Origin: Treponemataceae bacterium | Lineage (GTDB): Bacteria; Spirochaetota; Spirochaetia; Treponematales; Rectinemataceae | Direction: 5' to 3' | Assembly (NCBI GenBank): GCA_963667725.2 | Contig: CAXXHO010000005.1 | Location: forward strand, 896,001 to 960,000 | DNA length: 64,000 nucleotides | Part shown: piece by piece, positions 61,782-64,000 of the stretch | Position numbering within the stretch: the first letter of the stretch is position 1 | Layout of the letters: every line of letters starts with the position of its first letter | Made by a program: the position numbers and the translations under genes | Notes under the pieces: model-generated | What the model was told of the DNA's origin: nothing | Database searches by the model: none | What the model saw: only the letters and a program-made list of their open reading frames with translations

Positions 61782-63362
61782 GTGAAAGTATACGAAGGTT
61801 CCGTTGTCACCTGTGATGCCGCGGGCAGTGTCGCTCGATTCCTGGTGGAAGATGGAGGAAAGATAGCCTTCGTGGGCAACGATCTTCCCGGCAAGTTTGC
61901 CGGGGCGCCGAAGGAGCGGCTCCTTGAAAGAGCCCTCCTTCCCGCTTTCGGCGACACGCATATCCATTTCATGTCTTACGCTCTATTCTCGGCGGGGCTC
62001 GATGTCCGCGGCCTGAAAACCAACGCCGATATCCGCGACGCCATCGCCGATTTCGCGCGGGAGCGTTCGCCATCCATCGTCTTCGGTTTTGGCGCTTCGG
62101 CTTACGGCGTCAAGGAAAGACGCCTCCTTACGAGGGAAGATATCGACGCAGCCTGTCCTGACCGGCCGGTTTTCATCGTGAAATACGACGGCCACGCGGG
62201 CATCGCCAATTCGGCCCTCATCGCTCAGGTGAAAGAAAAGCTCGGCGAGCTGCGAGGCTTCAACGCGGACTCGGGGCTCATGACCCAGGATGCCTTTTTC
62301 CGGCTTACCGATACGGTTACCGGCAAGGTCTCCCTGCCAGCGACCCTCGGCAACATGCTCGCCGGCATCGATACCCTGGCCGGCTACGGCGTCGGTCTTG
62401 CGCATTCGGTGACCGGCATAGGCTTTCCCGCCGATATGGATGTAACCCTCGAAAGCCTGTTTGCCCGTGGTCTCGCCAATCCGCTCGCCTATCGCATCTT
62501 CTTCCAGACAATGGATGTGAAGAAGGTCCTCAAGCGAAGGCTTCCTCGCATCGGTGGCTGTTTCGCGACGGCGCTCGACGGATGTTACGGCTCCGTGGAC
62601 GCCGCGATGCTCAAACCCTACGAGGCGGCCGCGGGCCTGCCTCCCGAGCAGGCCAAGGGCATCCTCTATTATTCGGACGAGCGGGTAGCCGCCTTCTGCC
62701 GTGAAGCGAACCGCGCGGGCCTCCAAATAGAGATGCACGCCATCGGCGACGCCGCTTTTGAGCAGGCTGTATCGGCCATCGCGGCCGCCCTCGCCGATTT
62801 TCCCTGCGAGGACCACCGCCATACCATTATCCACGCCTGCCTGCCCACGATGCGCGGCCTTGAAACTTGCGCCAAGATCGGCATCCACCTTTCGGTTCAG
62901 CCAGGATTTCTCTATTGGGAACAGGAGCCTCTTGAGTATATCGAGTCGATCCTGGGCCGAAGAGCTTTCGACATATCGCCGCTAAGAACGATGGTCGATA
63001 TGGGCATTGAGCTTTCTGGCGGATCGGACGCCCCCTGCACGGTGCCGAATCCGATCGAGGGCATCTGGGCGGCATGCAATCACTATGTACCGGGTCAGTC
63101 CCTCACCATTCAGGAATCGCTCAACGTCTATACGCGCAACGCCGCGCGAGGCTCTTTCGACGAAAACGAACGCGGAAGCCTCGAGACGGGGAAGTTAGCC
63201 GATATGGTTCTGCTGAACCGCGATCCGCTTTCCATGGCGCCGGCCGACCTGCGCTCGCTCAAGGTCGAACAACTTTTCCTCGAAGGGAAACCCTATGTTC
63301 CGGGCCAGGGCAAGGCAAGCCTCGTAATCCGCGGACTCGTGAACGCGGGCAAGCGCGTGTAG
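61782..63362 (+). CDS. YtcJ-like amidohydrolase
   Basis: PAFGDTHIH, DGH, HAIGD, IIHA, GSDAP, GSLETGKLAD. Confidence 0.88.
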   Translation: MKVYEGSVVTCDAAGSVARFLVEDGGKIAFVGNDLPGKFAGAPKERLLERALLPAFGDTHIHFMSYALFSAGLDVRGLKTNADIRDAIADFARERSPSIVFGFGASAYGVKERRLLTREDIDAACPDRPVFIVKYDGHAGIANSALIAQVKEKLGELRGFNADSGLMTQDAFFRLTDTVTGKVSLPATLGNMLAGIDTLAGYGVGLAHSVTGIGFPADMDVTLESLFARGLANPLAYRIFFQTMDVKKVLKRRLPRIGGCFATALDGCYGSVDAAMLKPYEAAAGLPPEQAKGILYYSDERVAAFCREANRAGLQIEMHAIGDAAFEQAVSAIAAALADFPCEDHRHTIIHACLPTMRGLETCAKIGIHLSVQPGFLYWEQEPLEYIESILGRRAFDISPLRTMVDMGIELSGGSDAPCTVPNPIEGIWAACNHYVPGQSLTIQESLNVYTRNAARGSFDENERGSLETGKLADMVLLNRDPLSMAPADLRSLKVEQLFLEGKPYVPGQGKASLVIRGLVNAGKRV

Positions 63363-63391
63363 CGGAAAGATCGCGAAGACTGTAGCGGAAT

Positions 63392-63430
63392 AAAAAGGGC
63401 TGTCCGGGAATTCCGGACAGCCCTTTTTTT
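63392..63430. terminator. Bidirectional rho-independent terminator
   Basis: AAAAAGGGCTGTCCGG-GAATT-CCGGACAGCCCTTTTTTT between convergent genes. Confidence 0.9.
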
Positions 63431-63480
63431 ATTGCCGCTGCGGGCGACAATGATAAGAAAATCGAATAACTATCCGATCG

Positions 63481-64000
63481 CTACTTCCCCGCGTATAGAT
63501 TGGGCAGCCAGGTCGCGATCTGCGGGAAAATCATCAGTAGCACAAGACCTATGATCATGAGCCCGACGAAGGGCACCACCGATCGGTAAATGTCCCCCAG
63601 GGATATCTCCTTGGGCGCCATCGCCTTCATCAGGAAGAGGTTGTAGCCGAAGGGCGGTGTCAGGTAGGCGATCTGGCAGGTGACGGTGTAGAGAACGCCG
63701 TACCATATCGGATCGAAGCCCAGCTTGATGATGAGGGGAATGTAGAGCGGCGCGACGATGATCAGCATGGCCGTGTCGTCCAGGAACATGCCCATGATGA
63801 CGAAGGACAGCTGCATCATGATGATGACGCCCCAGCGACCGAATCCATTGTTGAGGAAAACGTCCTTGATGGCGTTGACAGCCCCTAGCCCGTCGAAGAT
63901 GGCGCCGAAAGCGAGGGCCGCGAGAATGACCCACATGAACATGCAGCTCACGCTCAAGGTGTCGGCCAGTACTTCCTTCATGACTTTCCATGTGAGTTTT
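63481..64000 (-). CDS. TRAP transporter large permease DctM (3' part; runs off window)
   Basis: GMFLD, GFDPIWYG, LTPPFGYNLF, FPQIATWLP. Confidence 0.9.
   Translation of the reverse strand, partial: KLTWKVMKEVLADTLSVSCMFMWVILAALAFGAIFDGLGAVNAIKDVFLNNGFGRWGVIIMMQLSFVIMGMFLDDTAMLIIVAPLYIPLIIKLGFDPIWYGVLYTVTCQIAYLTPPFGYNLFLMKAMAPKEISLGDIYRSVVPFVGLMIIGLVLLMIFPQIATWLPNLYAGK

Overview
GC-rich bacterial DNA, probably from a Spirochaetes (Treponema/Rectinema-like) genome; this is an inference from the lipoprotein signals and a small beta-barrel protein. Housekeeping-like flanks (Opp/Dpp ABC operon, Hsp70-like protein, glpK, MgtC, tRNA-Ile2 on the left; MFS, DMT, threonine synthase-like, tcdA, uracil permease, amidohydrolase, TRAP on the right) bracket a ~42 kb accessory zone that starts just after the tRNA. 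The zone holds a LacI-regulated glycerophosphodiester uptake operon, an N-ATPase operon (atpDCQRBEFAG), an intact IS1634-family element, a 3-repeat lipoprotein, a ~3000-aa cyclic beta-1,2-glucan synthase, two divergent flavinylated lipoprotein reductases and gene remnants. The most striking feature is the N-ATPase operon. It is headed by a translationally coupled phosphoketolase and carries an aeRF1-like (baeRF, Balon-like) gene between atpR and atpB, and an IS has inserted just upstream of the first gene. No CRISPR array, rRNA or integrase was seen.
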